From assembly GCA_963699755.1 (NCBI GenBank), contig CAVOVB010000006.1:89081-153080 (forward strand): a stretch of DNA of 64,000 nt. The letters are read 5' to 3'. This document shows positions 35,007 through 43,479 of the stretch, one piece after another (the stretch's first letter is position 1; each line of letters starts with the position of its first letter). Both the position numbers and the translations under genes were made by a program. This DNA is from an uncultured delta proteobacterium (GTDB lineage Bacteria; Myxococcota_A; Polyangia; Polyangiales; Houyiibacteriaceae). The notes under the pieces are model-generated. The model saw nothing but the letters and a program-made list of their open reading frames with translations. It was not told where the DNA came from and did no database searches.

Positions 35007-35919
35007 ATACGTCCAAGGTCAGCTCGATCCGGCGTCCATCAGCCTTTACGCGCCCCGATTGCAGCACATCCCTCCACGGACGTTCGATGGATCGGGGGGG
35101 CGACGCGAGCCAAGCACGGATGCGCTCTGGGTCTCGACTAGCGAGCTGCGCATCGCTGACCTCGATGTACATCTTCACCGTTTGGGTGCTTCCGGACGCG
35201 ACCGACAAGCCTAGCGCGTCCAGGCCTTGCATGGCGAAGGGTCCGTCGAACCGTTCGGACAGACCTTCGAGCGCGGACATCCAATGAGCCGGCAGCTCCA
35301 GGACCGCCGCGATGCTGCTTCCATCGTTCACCGAGCGCCAAAGCATCGCCATGCGATCCCGCTCGACGAGAGCGGGTGCGGCACCACGCCTGACCGACAT
35401 GGCCTCTGCCACTGTTCGGACTGAGCCGGTCGCGATCGTGTGCTCGTCGAGCACGGCGACCGCGCTGCCCTGGTCGCGGCTTGCAAGCAAGGGCCCACCT
35501 GGACCGTCCAGGCGAACGACCGAGCCACCGCGTCCCTCGACCAGCGCACGATGGCACGCCGCAAGCGTTTCGGCACTGACGGAGCTACCTCGCAGCATCA
35601 GGCCAATCGATTGAAAGGGTTGTGCGTCCGGCCCACGCACCCAGACGATCACCTCACTCAATACCTGGAGCGGATCTAACCCGCAGAGCAATTCGATTTC
35701 GCGCAGCGGCTCGTCAGTAACAAAGGCGGCGAGAAGTGTCTTGGCCGCAGCCGTGCGCTGCAGCGCAGCCGTGTCGATTCTCACCACGGCTCGCGCGTCG
35801 CTCGGTAGCTCATGGAGCAGCCGTTCTGCCCGGAGCGTCCCGGCGTGTTGCATCGCTGCAAAGAGCAAGGCGCCCATGCAGATCGTGACCAGGGCACCCA
35901 CCTTGAGCGAGCGAGACAT
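34984..35919 (-). CDS. Hypothetical exported protein
   Basis: N-terminal hydrophobic segment; fills the gap between genes; -10 box 6 nt upstream of ATG 35919. Confidence 0.65.
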   Translation of the reverse strand: MSRSLKVGALVTICMGALLFAAMQHAGTLRAERLLHELPSDARAVVRIDTAALQRTAAAKTLLAAFVTDEPLREIELLCGLDPLQVLSEVIVWVRGPDAQPFQSIGLMLRGSSVSAETLAACHRALVEGRGGSVVRLDGPGGPLLASRDQGSAVAVLDEHTIATGSVRTVAEAMSVRRGAAPALVERDRMAMLWRSVNDGSSIAAVLELPAHWMSALEGLSERFDGPFAMQGLDALGLSVASGSTQTVKMYIEVSDAQLASRDPERIRAWLASPPRSIERPWRDVLQSGRVKADGRRIELTLDVSSLSTAP

Positions 35920-35975
35920 CGGTCGAGGGTAGGAAGTTCTTTTCACGGAGCAAGCCCTCGTGCTAACGCGTGCTC

Positions 35976-36686
35976 ATGCCATGGCGCCGAATGCGGTTGC
36001 GCAATGCCGAGGTTCTCGCGCGCTGCGATGCGAGTGGGGAGCTCGTCGCGAACGAAGGTAAGGTCGAGGTTCGGTACAAGCCAAACGACGGGCGGGCCTA
36101 TTTTGCCAGCACCTCGAACTTGCAACCGAGCGGCGGCGCCCTGAAGATCGAACCCGACGCGTTTTGCGGCCCTGGTCAATCGGTTCAGAAGCGATCCACC
36201 GCCTCCAAGAACTTGCCCGGCGCAGCATCGTCAGAAGCCTCTCTGCCGCCCGAGAAGCCGGAAGGCGACGAGGTTCTCGTCTACGCGGACGGCGCTTGCA
36301 GTGGGAACCCGGGCCCCGCGGGCGTCGGCGCGGTCGCGCTATGGGCGGATCAGAAGCGCGAGCTGAGCGAGTACATCGGCGAGGCCACCAACAACATCGC
36401 CGAGCTGACCGGGATTCTTCGTGCCACAGAGCTCGCGCAAGCGCTCGGTAGGCCACTGAGGCTCTATACCGATTCGAAGTACTCCATCGGCGTGCTGACT
36501 CAGGGTTGGAAAGTACGGGCCAACAAGGAGCTGGTCGCGAAGGTTCGCGAGGCGCTCGATGCGCACCCAGACGCAAAGCTCTTTCATGTTCCCGGCCACC
36601 AGGGGGTTCGCCTGAACGAGGAGGCCGACCTTCTCGCGGTCCGTGCTGTGCAGAACAGAGTGTCTACGGGCTGGGTTTCGCCTTGA
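35976..36686 (+). CDS. rnhA: Ribonuclease HI with extra N-terminal domain
   Basis: YADGACSGNPGP, TNNIAEL, YTDSKY and GHQG..NEEAD (D-E-D-H-D intact). Confidence 0.9.
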   Translation: MPWRRMRLRNAEVLARCDASGELVANEGKVEVRYKPNDGRAYFASTSNLQPSGGALKIEPDAFCGPGQSVQKRSTASKNLPGAASSEASLPPEKPEGDEVLVYADGACSGNPGPAGVGAVALWADQKRELSEYIGEATNNIAELTGILRATELAQALGRPLRLYTDSKYSIGVLTQGWKVRANKELVAKVREALDAHPDAKLFHVPGHQGVRLNEEADLLAVRAVQNRVSTGWVSP

Positions 36687-37599
36687 AGCGCTGCGCGGCT
36701 TCTTCGAGAGTCACGAGCTCGTAGCCGGCCTCGCGAATCACTCGAACCGCCGTCCGAATCGTGCGGAGCTTCTCCCTCGCGGTCCGCTTCAAGTCCGCGC
36801 GATGCGGTGCCAGCATCTCGAGCCCATCTTCGACCGCATCGGCCACGTCGAACCCATGGAGCTCGAGGTTGATGTACTCCCTTCGAAGCATTTGTTGGCT
36901 CAGCTGCTTGGCGATCCGATCGCCGCCCAGGACCAGCGAGGTACCGATGTACGGAAGCTGCAGAGGGGTGACGCCGATAGGCAGCTCGAGGAGGCCACTG
37001 CCCTTGCGCCAGTACGGCTGACCGACGCGGTACGGCTCCCTTGGGGCGCGGAGCACTGCGGGTTGATCCAAGATACTGGCGCTCTGCCTGCCTCGCAGCT
37101 TGATTGCTGCGAGCGCGGCGGCCTTGGCAGCGTAATAGGTCGGACACGGAAAGACGCTCGAATCATATTCGACTTCTGAGGCCTCGAGCGCGTTGAAGAG
37201 CGGGTCGCTGACTGTGTAGCCAGGTGCGCGAAAACCGACGGGTCGTTTGCCGCAGCTTCGCTCGATCATCGCTGCGCCTCGTTCGACCTCCTCTCCGATC
37301 TCTCTCGGCGCTCGATGCGTGAGGTCATAGTGGTGGTGATAGGAGTGATTTGCGATCTCGTGGCCCCCCGTATGAAGCTCCGCGATCGTTTCCCGGTTCT
37401 CGTCGTCTTCGAGGTCCTCTCCGATGGCGAAGAAGGTGGCAGGAATCGATTCGTCATCCAGCCAGGCTCTGAGTCGCGGCACGCACTTCCCATAGACCGC
37501 ACGGGCACCCGATCCTTGCGGAACCTCCAGGCCGTGGATCGACGCGTAGCGGGGCACCTCGTCCAGGTCGATCGAAATCGAAGCCAGTTTCAGCCTCAC
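36664..37599 (-). CDS. Polysaccharide deacetylase (NodB/CE4-like)
   Basis: SIDLDE, ATFF, HEIANHSYHH, GFRAPGY and YDSS motifs. Confidence 0.9.
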   Translation of the reverse strand: MRLKLASISIDLDEVPRYASIHGLEVPQGSGARAVYGKCVPRLRAWLDDESIPATFFAIGEDLEDDENRETIAELHTGGHEIANHSYHHHYDLTHRAPREIGEEVERGAAMIERSCGKRPVGFRAPGYTVSDPLFNALEASEVEYDSSVFPCPTYYAAKAAALAAIKLRGRQSASILDQPAVLRAPREPYRVGQPYWRKGSGLLELPIGVTPLQLPYIGTSLVLGGDRIAKQLSQQMLRREYINLELHGFDVADAVEDGLEMLAPHRADLKRTAREKLRTIRTAVRVIREAGYELVTLEEAAQRFKAKPSP

Positions 37600-38342
37600 C
37601 GCTTGATCCGGATTGCGATGACGAGCCTAGTCAAGTCCTTCAAAACCTTGGGTACTCTTCTTGCGAGCCCGATCGTCGGCGGCCGTTTCTCGAGAACTCG
37701 CACCGGAATCTCGCGGAGGCCAAGCCCAGCGCGCTCTGCGCGAATGACCAGCTCGGAGGGGAAGAGATCGCGCTCGATCTGGCATGCGGTCGCGATCGGC
37801 CTAACCGCCGCCGTTCGAAAGGCTTTGAGGCCGTGGGTATCCGTGCCTTTGAAGCCCAGGGTCAGTTTGAGCATGCCGTTGATCACCACGGTGCCTAGGC
37901 GCCGGTGGAAGGGACGTCGGTCCACGGCGCCCGGCATCGCCTTCGAGCCGACGACGAACTCCACCGAAGGGTCTCCAAGAAGGGCTAGAGCACGTTCATA
38001 AAAATCGGTGTCGCAAAGGTCGATTTCGTCGCAGATCACGATCTCACCTTTGGCGTGAAGAATTCCGTCGCGCAGTGCGGCGCCATAGTTGGGCTCGTCG
38101 GTATGGCGACACACGATCCCTTCGAGACGCTCCGCGAGCTTCGTCGCTACCTGGACCGTGCGGTCTGTCGACCCGTTCTCCGCGAGCACAATCTCGTATG
38201 GCCAGGGTAGGGTGCTCAGTCGTTCAACGAGATCGAGTACGGCCACGCGCAGAATCGCTTCCTCGTTGTGGATGGGAATCACGATCGAAATCGCCGGTGC
38301 GGTATGGGGTTCGGCCAAGGCGCGGCACTCTCTTACGCTCAT
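37596..38342 (-). CDS. GT2 glycosyltransferase (polyprenol-phosphate sugar synthase-like)
   Basis: SIVIPIHNEE, ENGSTDRT, YGAALRDG, DEID, VVGSK and DTHGLKAF motifs. Confidence 0.88.
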   Translation of the reverse strand: MSVRECRALAEPHTAPAISIVIPIHNEEAILRVAVLDLVERLSTLPWPYEIVLAENGSTDRTVQVATKLAERLEGIVCRHTDEPNYGAALRDGILHAKGEIVICDEIDLCDTDFYERALALLGDPSVEFVVGSKAMPGAVDRRPFHRRLGTVVINGMLKLTLGFKGTDTHGLKAFRTAAVRPIATACQIERDLFPSELVIRAERAGLGLREIPVRVLEKRPPTIGLARRVPKVLKDLTRLVIAIRIKR

Positions 38343-38351
38343 ACGAGGGCG

Positions 38352-39437
38352 TCAAGCCAAGTTGCAGAGCACAGCATGGGCCGCATCGAGCACGACGCGA
38401 AGGGAGCCGAGACAGGCGGGTAGCGCTGCGGTTTGACCCCGTGAGAGCTCCAATAGCGTGTCGCTATGCTGCAGTGTGACCCGCCCGCCGAGCACCGTGA
38501 GAGAGCGCAATCGATCGGCTGCGCGGAGCTCGAGCTCCCCGGAACCAGCCAAGCGTTGGAGGACGAACGCCTCGGAACGAAGTGGCCCGTTGCGGCTCAC
38601 GAGGACTTCGAGGCTCGCCGGCCCATCGACGGGCGCCGGTCCGGCTCGATAACCGCATCGTTCGAGGAGGGCAACGCCCTGCGGCCCCTGCCAATTCGTC
38701 ACCTCGAGAGCCCGCTCGCGGTGAAGCGCGCGTGCTTCGCCTTCGGGGTCGAGCTGCCCAGCGGCATCGTACCTGCGGTTCCAGTCCCAGTAGCGGTAAG
38801 TGACTCCTCGCTTTCCGGGCGCAACGCGCTGAGGCTCGAGAAGCAGAACACCTTTGCCGATTGCATGTGGTGTACCGGGTCCGATCAGAAATAGATCTCC
38901 GGGCGAGACCGGCACGAAGGACATCAGGGCGTCGACGTCGCCTTGCTCATCGATCGCCTTTTCAACGTCACGTCGGGAAACGCCGTCACGAAAGCCGAGA
39001 TACAGGCCCGCGCCAGGCTCTGCGTCGATGATGTACCAGGACTCTGGCTTGCCACTTTCGTCCGCTTCGAGCTCTGGGTCGTCGTTTCGCGGATGGATCT
39101 GGACCGAAAGATCGTCGGCAGCGTCGATCAGCTTCACGAGAAGGGCCGTCGATCCACTCGGACCCTCCGCGCCCAGGAGCGCTGGATCGGCGCGCAGGAC
39201 CTCGTCGAGTGTAGGTCCTTCGGCGAGCCGGCTCGGAAAATCCGGCTCCACCGAGAGCTCCCAGGCCTCGCCCACAGGGCCGCTCCATCGCAAGCCGGCT
39301 TCGGCTTTGAGCTCCTCGCTGATTCGGCGTCCCCCCCAGGGCGTTCGGCTGGGAGGCGTGAAGTTGTCCGGCCGCAGAAGCAGCGGCCGCCGCCAGTTTC
39401 TTGGTCCTACTTTGTCCCACATGTAAGGTGACTTCAA
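38352..39437 (-). CDS. manA: Type I mannose-6-phosphate isomerase
   Basis: PWGG, GEAWE, LLVKLIDAADDLSVQIHP, KPESWY, PGTPHAIG and TYRYWDWNR motifs. Confidence 0.85.
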   Translation of the reverse strand: MKSPYMWDKVGPRNWRRPLLLRPDNFTPPSRTPWGGRRISEELKAEAGLRWSGPVGEAWELSVEPDFPSRLAEGPTLDEVLRADPALLGAEGPSGSTALLVKLIDAADDLSVQIHPRNDDPELEADESGKPESWYIIDAEPGAGLYLGFRDGVSRRDVEKAIDEQGDVDALMSFVPVSPGDLFLIGPGTPHAIGKGVLLLEPQRVAPGKRGVTYRYWDWNRRYDAAGQLDPEGEARALHRERALEVTNWQGPQGVALLERCGYRAGPAPVDGPASLEVLVSRNGPLRSEAFVLQRLAGSGELELRAADRLRSLTVLGGRVTLQHSDTLLELSRGQTAALPACLGSLRVVLDAAHAVLCNLA

Positions 39438-39467
39438 ATCCTATCGTAGCGCCCTAGGAGGTTTTGG

Positions 39468-39785
39468 ATGGGTTATTTGGGCAAAGAACGTCGAATTCAT
39501 CGTGTCTTCGTGACTCGTAACAGTGAATACCACGTACGCCGAAACGTGTGCGTGGGTGTCCGGGACCGCAGAAGCGGCGATTGGCTCGGGGGCCACCTCG
39601 CACTCCGCAGCACGGTTTCGGGCGGTCTCAAGTTCCACGACAATGGGGCCATCAGCGCTTCCGAAGGGCTCCCAACGGTGGGTGAGTCGCTTTTCTTCAT
39701 CGCGGCGGGTCGGGATCTGATCACCAGCCCCGTGCTGAATGTCGAGCGGCCTCCCCGCGAGGTCGTTCAAGACTATCCGATGTGA
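39468..39785 (+). CDS. Hypothetical beta-rich protein (105 aa)
   Basis: SD AGGAGG upstream; protein-like sequence VFVTRNSEYH..CVGVRDRRSG..ITSPV..VERP. Confidence 0.75.
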   Translation: MGYLGKERRIHRVFVTRNSEYHVRRNVCVGVRDRRSGDWLGGHLALRSTVSGGLKFHDNGAISASEGLPTVGESLFFIAAGRDLITSPVLNVERPPREVVQDYPM

Positions 39786-39818
39786 ACATGTTGGAGCGAG
39801 GATGCTATATCCTCGCCC

Positions 39819-40220
39819 GTGTCGTCGGAGATGAAAACCATTCGCGTGGTAGCCGCCCTGGTCGAGCGCCACGGGCGATACTTGATCACCCAACGTCGAG
39901 AGACGGCGGTGTTGCCACTGCTTTGGGATTTCCCAGGTGGGCGAGTCGAAGATGGCGAGACCGATGAAGCTGCGCTGGAGCGGGAGGTGGCTGAGCGCCT
40001 CGGCGCTAGCGTCGCGGTCGGGCAGCTGATCTCTTTCGTGAATCATCCGTACGAGAAGTACGCCGTGGATTTGTATCTCTACGAGTGCACCTTGCTCCGC
40101 GATCATCTGCAATGCCGCGCGGTCAAGGGCTATGCCTGGGTCACGTCCGAGGAAATGGAATCGTACTCCTTCACGCCCGTCGATGAAGCATCCATGAGCA
40201 AGCTCCTAGGCGAGGGCTGA
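39819..40220 (+). CDS. Nudix (MutT-like) hydrolase with variant Nudix box
   Basis: VVAAL..GRYLITQR and WDFPGGRVEDGETDEAALEREVAERLG. Confidence 0.85.
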   Translation: MSSEMKTIRVVAALVERHGRYLITQRRETAVLPLLWDFPGGRVEDGETDEAALEREVAERLGASVAVGQLISFVNHPYEKYAVDLYLYECTLLRDHLQCRAVKGYAWVTSEEMESYSFTPVDEASMSKLLGEG

Positions 40221-40230
40221 GGAAAAAGCG

Positions 40231-41340
40231 CTACACGTCGTAGAAGATCGGCGGGCGCTTGCGAATGAAGCGCATCACCAGCTCGCGAGCCTCTCCCGAC
40301 AAGCCTTCGAATTGGACGCCCATACCGGGCTCGGATTCTGATGCGAAGTCCATCGGATCTCGGACGAAGCGAACGTAGCCGTCGCATTGGAATTCGAATC
40401 CACCGGGTAGGGTTACCAGCATTCGAACCGACGTGTCTTTAGGGAGCGCTTCGTAGGTGGCGAGAAACACGCCCCCGTGAGCGATTTCGCCACTGAAGCC
40501 GACATAGAAGTTGGATTGCGTGGTTGCCCCGAGATTCGCTTCGACCTGTTGTCGCTCGCCCGTTGGGATCGGTGCCGGAGGCGGAAGCATTGAAGTCGGG
40601 ATCGACGCCGGTGGACCCGAATGCGGCCGGCCCGATGCGGGCCGAACCGACGGCGGCCGACTCGCCACCACGCGCGCCGACGGTGCAATGCTTGGCGGCG
40701 CTGCGCTCGCCGCAGGTCGCTCCGAAGGCGCCGCGGTCTCCGGAGGCTGGCTCGACGGCGCAACGCTTGGCGGCGCTGCGCTCGCCGGTGCTGCGCTCGC
40801 CGGAGGGCGCTGTGAAGGAGGGCGCTGTGAAGGAGGGCGCTGTGAAGGAGGGCGCTGTGAAGGAGGGCGCTGTGAAGGAGGGCGCTGTGAAGCCGGGGCC
40901 TGCGCCTCAGGACGCTGTGAAGCAGGCCGCTCCGATGCCGAGTCAGGCCGCAAGGTCGGTTTTGTCGTCAGTGGGAAGAGGATGCTGATGACGTCCGCGA
41001 TGCTTTCGGTCGTGGTATTCAGCGCTGCGTGCTCGCTCTTCACGTCCTGTAGCAAGGCGAGCGTTTGACTGAGCGTGCCAAGCGCGTTCTTCACGCAAGT
41101 CTTCCCATCGGGTTCCGTCGAGGCGTACTCGGCTTCAAAGAGGGCGCCGATCGACCTCGCCACGTTCTGGGTGAGCGCTAGGACCTCTTCGGGAACGTCG
41201 GTCTCCTGCTGCAGCGTTTCGAGTGCTTTGCCGAGCGCTTCGCGCGCTTGTCGTGCCTCGTCGGCCGATGAGTAACCCATGCCTGGTCTTCCCCCGTTTC
41301 CTTGGCTGAGAGGATACCGGGAGTCGCCGGGAGAGGTCAA
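40231..41340 (-). CDS. TIGR02266-like PilZ-domain protein with Pro/Ser repeat linker
   Basis: C-terminal NFYVGFSGEIAHGGVFLAT..PGMGVQF..FIRKRPPIFYD; helical N-terminus. Start may be ATG 41280. Confidence 0.8.
   Translation of the reverse strand: MTSPGDSRYPLSQGNGGRPGMGYSSADEARQAREALGKALETLQQETDVPEEVLALTQNVARSIGALFEAEYASTEPDGKTCVKNALGTLSQTLALLQDVKSEHAALNTTTESIADVISILFPLTTKPTLRPDSASERPASQRPEAQAPASQRPPSQRPPSQRPPSQRPPSQRPPSQRPPASAAPASAAPPSVAPSSQPPETAAPSERPAASAAPPSIAPSARVVASRPPSVRPASGRPHSGPPASIPTSMLPPPAPIPTGERQQVEANLGATTQSNFYVGFSGEIAHGGVFLATYEALPKDTSVRMLVTLPGGFEFQCDGYVRFVRDPMDFASESEPGMGVQFEGLSGEARELVMRFIRKRPPIFYDV
40802..40891. repeat. Perfect 15-bp tandem repeat x6 (encodes SQRPP)
   Basis: GGAGGGCGCTGTGAA repeated six times with no mismatch. 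Confidence 0.97.
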
Positions 41341-41774
41341 AGCTCCTTCACGAATACGACTCGCGAGCGGCCCGGCCCGGCGTAGTCTGGGACCTCGGTG
41401 CTCTCGAACCCCATCGACTGGTGAAATCGAACCGGGCCCTCATGCCCGGCAGAAGCAAGGGATTTGATCCGCTTCATACCAGCGGCGCGGCACCGCTCCG
41501 TGAACTGAGCGTAGAGCTGCTTGCCTACCTGACGCCGCCGGTGATCCGGATGAATCCCCACCAGATGCACGTATCCAGTTGCGGAGGGCGCTGGAAGCAT
41601 CACCCCAAGCAGAAAACCGATCACTTGCCCGTCCTGCTCCGCCACCAGCGCGTGCTCACCGAATTCGTAGAAGAACATCGGATCAGCGCGCCTTCCGGCC
41701 GGCCCGCCCCACCACTGGTCGAGCACCGAAATGATATAGTCGTAGTCGGCTTTGGTGAGTCCCCGGATCTTCAT
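41337..41774 (-). CDS. GNAT family N-acetyltransferase
   Basis: YVHLVGIHPDHRRRQVGKQL (motif A) and FHQSMGF. Confidence 0.9.
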   Translation of the reverse strand: MKIRGLTKADYDYIISVLDQWWGGPAGRRADPMFFYEFGEHALVAEQDGQVIGFLLGVMLPAPSATGYVHLVGIHPDHRRRQVGKQLYAQFTERCRAAGMKRIKSLASAGHEGPVRFHQSMGFESTEVPDYAGPGRSRVVFVKEL

Positions 41775-41833
41775 CGTCTAGGACAGCGGATAACACGAAC
41801 GCAGAAAGAACGCACGGAAACCCGGATCAAAGC

Positions 41834-42400
41834 ATGTCTCAGCCCCGAGCGTCATCCAAGTGCCCCGAGATTGCGTTTTGTCCTTTCTGCGGCGACGGGT
41901 TCGAGGGCCGGTTCGACTGTCCCGAGCACGAGCTCACGCTGGTGCCGATCGACCTCCTTGCAAACAAGCCGGATCGCGGATTGGACCGGGTCACCTTCTT
42001 TGCAGACCCGCGTCTGGGTCGCGGGGCTACACTCTTAGGCGCAACCCTCGTGCTGTTCGGCTTCCTCGCTCCTTTCGTGAGCTCCTTGGAGCTCCAAGCG
42101 TCGGGCTTGGAGCTCGCCATCGATGGCGCGGGCAATCTCTGGTTTACGCCAGGCGCTGCGATCCTGCTTCTCTGGATTCTTTGGCGACGCCGCAGCCGGG
42201 GCGCGATGCGGCCCGCCCGCGCGGCGGTGTTCGGGCTTGCGTTGGGGGGCATCCTGCCTCTGGTTTACACCTGCCGCAGGATCAGTCTCCTCGCCGAGGT
42301 CCACGGCGCGACCGTCGACTGGCTTTGGGGTGCCTGGCTGATGTTGTCAGGTCTCCTGCTTGCGGCCCTCAGCAGCCGCGGACTCGGATTGAGCGACTAG
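41834..42400 (+). CDS. Membrane protein with N-terminal CxxC..CxxH zinc finger
   Basis: FCPFC..CPEH followed by 4 hydrophobic helices. Confidence 0.7.
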   Translation: MSQPRASSKCPEIAFCPFCGDGFEGRFDCPEHELTLVPIDLLANKPDRGLDRVTFFADPRLGRGATLLGATLVLFGFLAPFVSSLELQASGLELAIDGAGNLWFTPGAAILLLWILWRRRSRGAMRPARAAVFGLALGGILPLVYTCRRISLLAEVHGATVDWLWGAWLMLSGLLLAALSSRGLGLSD

Positions 42401-43365
42401 GCTGCGCCCGGGAGCGTAGGGCGGAAGATGTACCCCTGTCGCTGGACCACGCATACGCGGTTCTTTCCGGCGACTTGCGCTCGGGCGACCGCGATGCTCG
42501 CCGCATCCAAGAGCTCGCTCTGCGTGCGAACGCTGCTGCTTGGGTAGAGGCCGATCCCGATGGAAATGCTCAGGTTGAGCTGCGTATCCCCGAGCGTGAA
42601 GGGCCGGAGCGCAACTTCAGACACGATGCGATCGGCAAGAGTCAGTGCGCGTCCCGGCCGTGTATTTGGCAGTAGAAGGCCGAACTCGTACGTCCGTAAG
42701 CGCGCCGCAATGTCGGTCGGTCGCGCCGTGCTTTGCAGTCGTGACGAGGCCTCTTCGAGAATCCGCGCAGCGAAATCCGCGCCTCGCTCTGACACGAGGT
42801 CTCGGAAGTCATCGATTGCCAAGATGCAGCAAGCGAGCGGATCCAGGTGCCGCTGCGCCTCACTGAACTCGCTTTCGAGGCAGGCATGGAAGTCGCGGTG
42901 GTCCGGGACCTCGAGGAGCTGGTCATGAACGGAACGATAGCTGAGCTCATGCTTGGCAGACTGCACGTCGTCGTGCGTTCTCTTGACCCGAATCATGTTT
43001 TCGACATGCTCGACGAGCTCATCGTCTTCGAGTGTCTTTGCAACGAGCTCATCCGCTCGGCTGCGCACAACGCGGGCGCTCATATCGGGCCTCGGCGTCA
43101 GCAGAATCACCGGGACGAAGCGATCGCTGGTGATGGACTTGACGACTTTGCAAACATCAATCCCATTCAAACCGGGCATGTCGAGATCGAGGACCACGAG
43201 ATCCACTGGCTGGGCACGAACCGCGTCGATTGCTTTCTGGCCGCTATTCGCCGCGATGACAATCGAGCCGCGCGCCCGAAGCAGCTCGCATATGTGCTCC
43301 CGCGTAGCCCGATCGTCGTCGGCAACGACGACAACTGCCTTCTCCACGGGCCGAGTCGTCCCCAC
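42397..43365 (-). CDS. Response regulator receiver plus degenerate GGDEF domain
   Basis: VADDD/VLDLDMP receiver; GGDEF fold (HDQL.., RPTDIAARLRTYEF, SIGIG, GKNRV). Confidence 0.88.
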   Translation of the reverse strand: MGTTRPVEKAVVVVADDDRATREHICELLRARGSIVIAANSGQKAIDAVRAQPVDLVVLDLDMPGLNGIDVCKVVKSITSDRFVPVILLTPRPDMSARVVRSRADELVAKTLEDDELVEHVENMIRVKRTHDDVQSAKHELSYRSVHDQLLEVPDHRDFHACLESEFSEAQRHLDPLACCILAIDDFRDLVSERGADFAARILEEASSRLQSTARPTDIAARLRTYEFGLLLPNTRPGRALTLADRIVSEVALRPFTLGDTQLNLSISIGIGLYPSSSVRTQSELLDAASIAVARAQVAGKNRVCVVQRQGYIFRPTLPGAA

Positions 43366-43479
43366 CGGGACAGGATAGCCGAGCAGGAAAAGTTTCGCGA
43401 GTCCTGATCGGCGAGTTTCCCTGAGCGCAGGACAAGTCTATACTGCCGGTTGACCCACTTAAGGGGGCGTGGGGCCTGA

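Noticed and set aside
40802..40891. Tandem repeat as a possible CRISPR array
   Set aside because: 15-bp units with no spacers, in frame within a CDS, and no cas genes.
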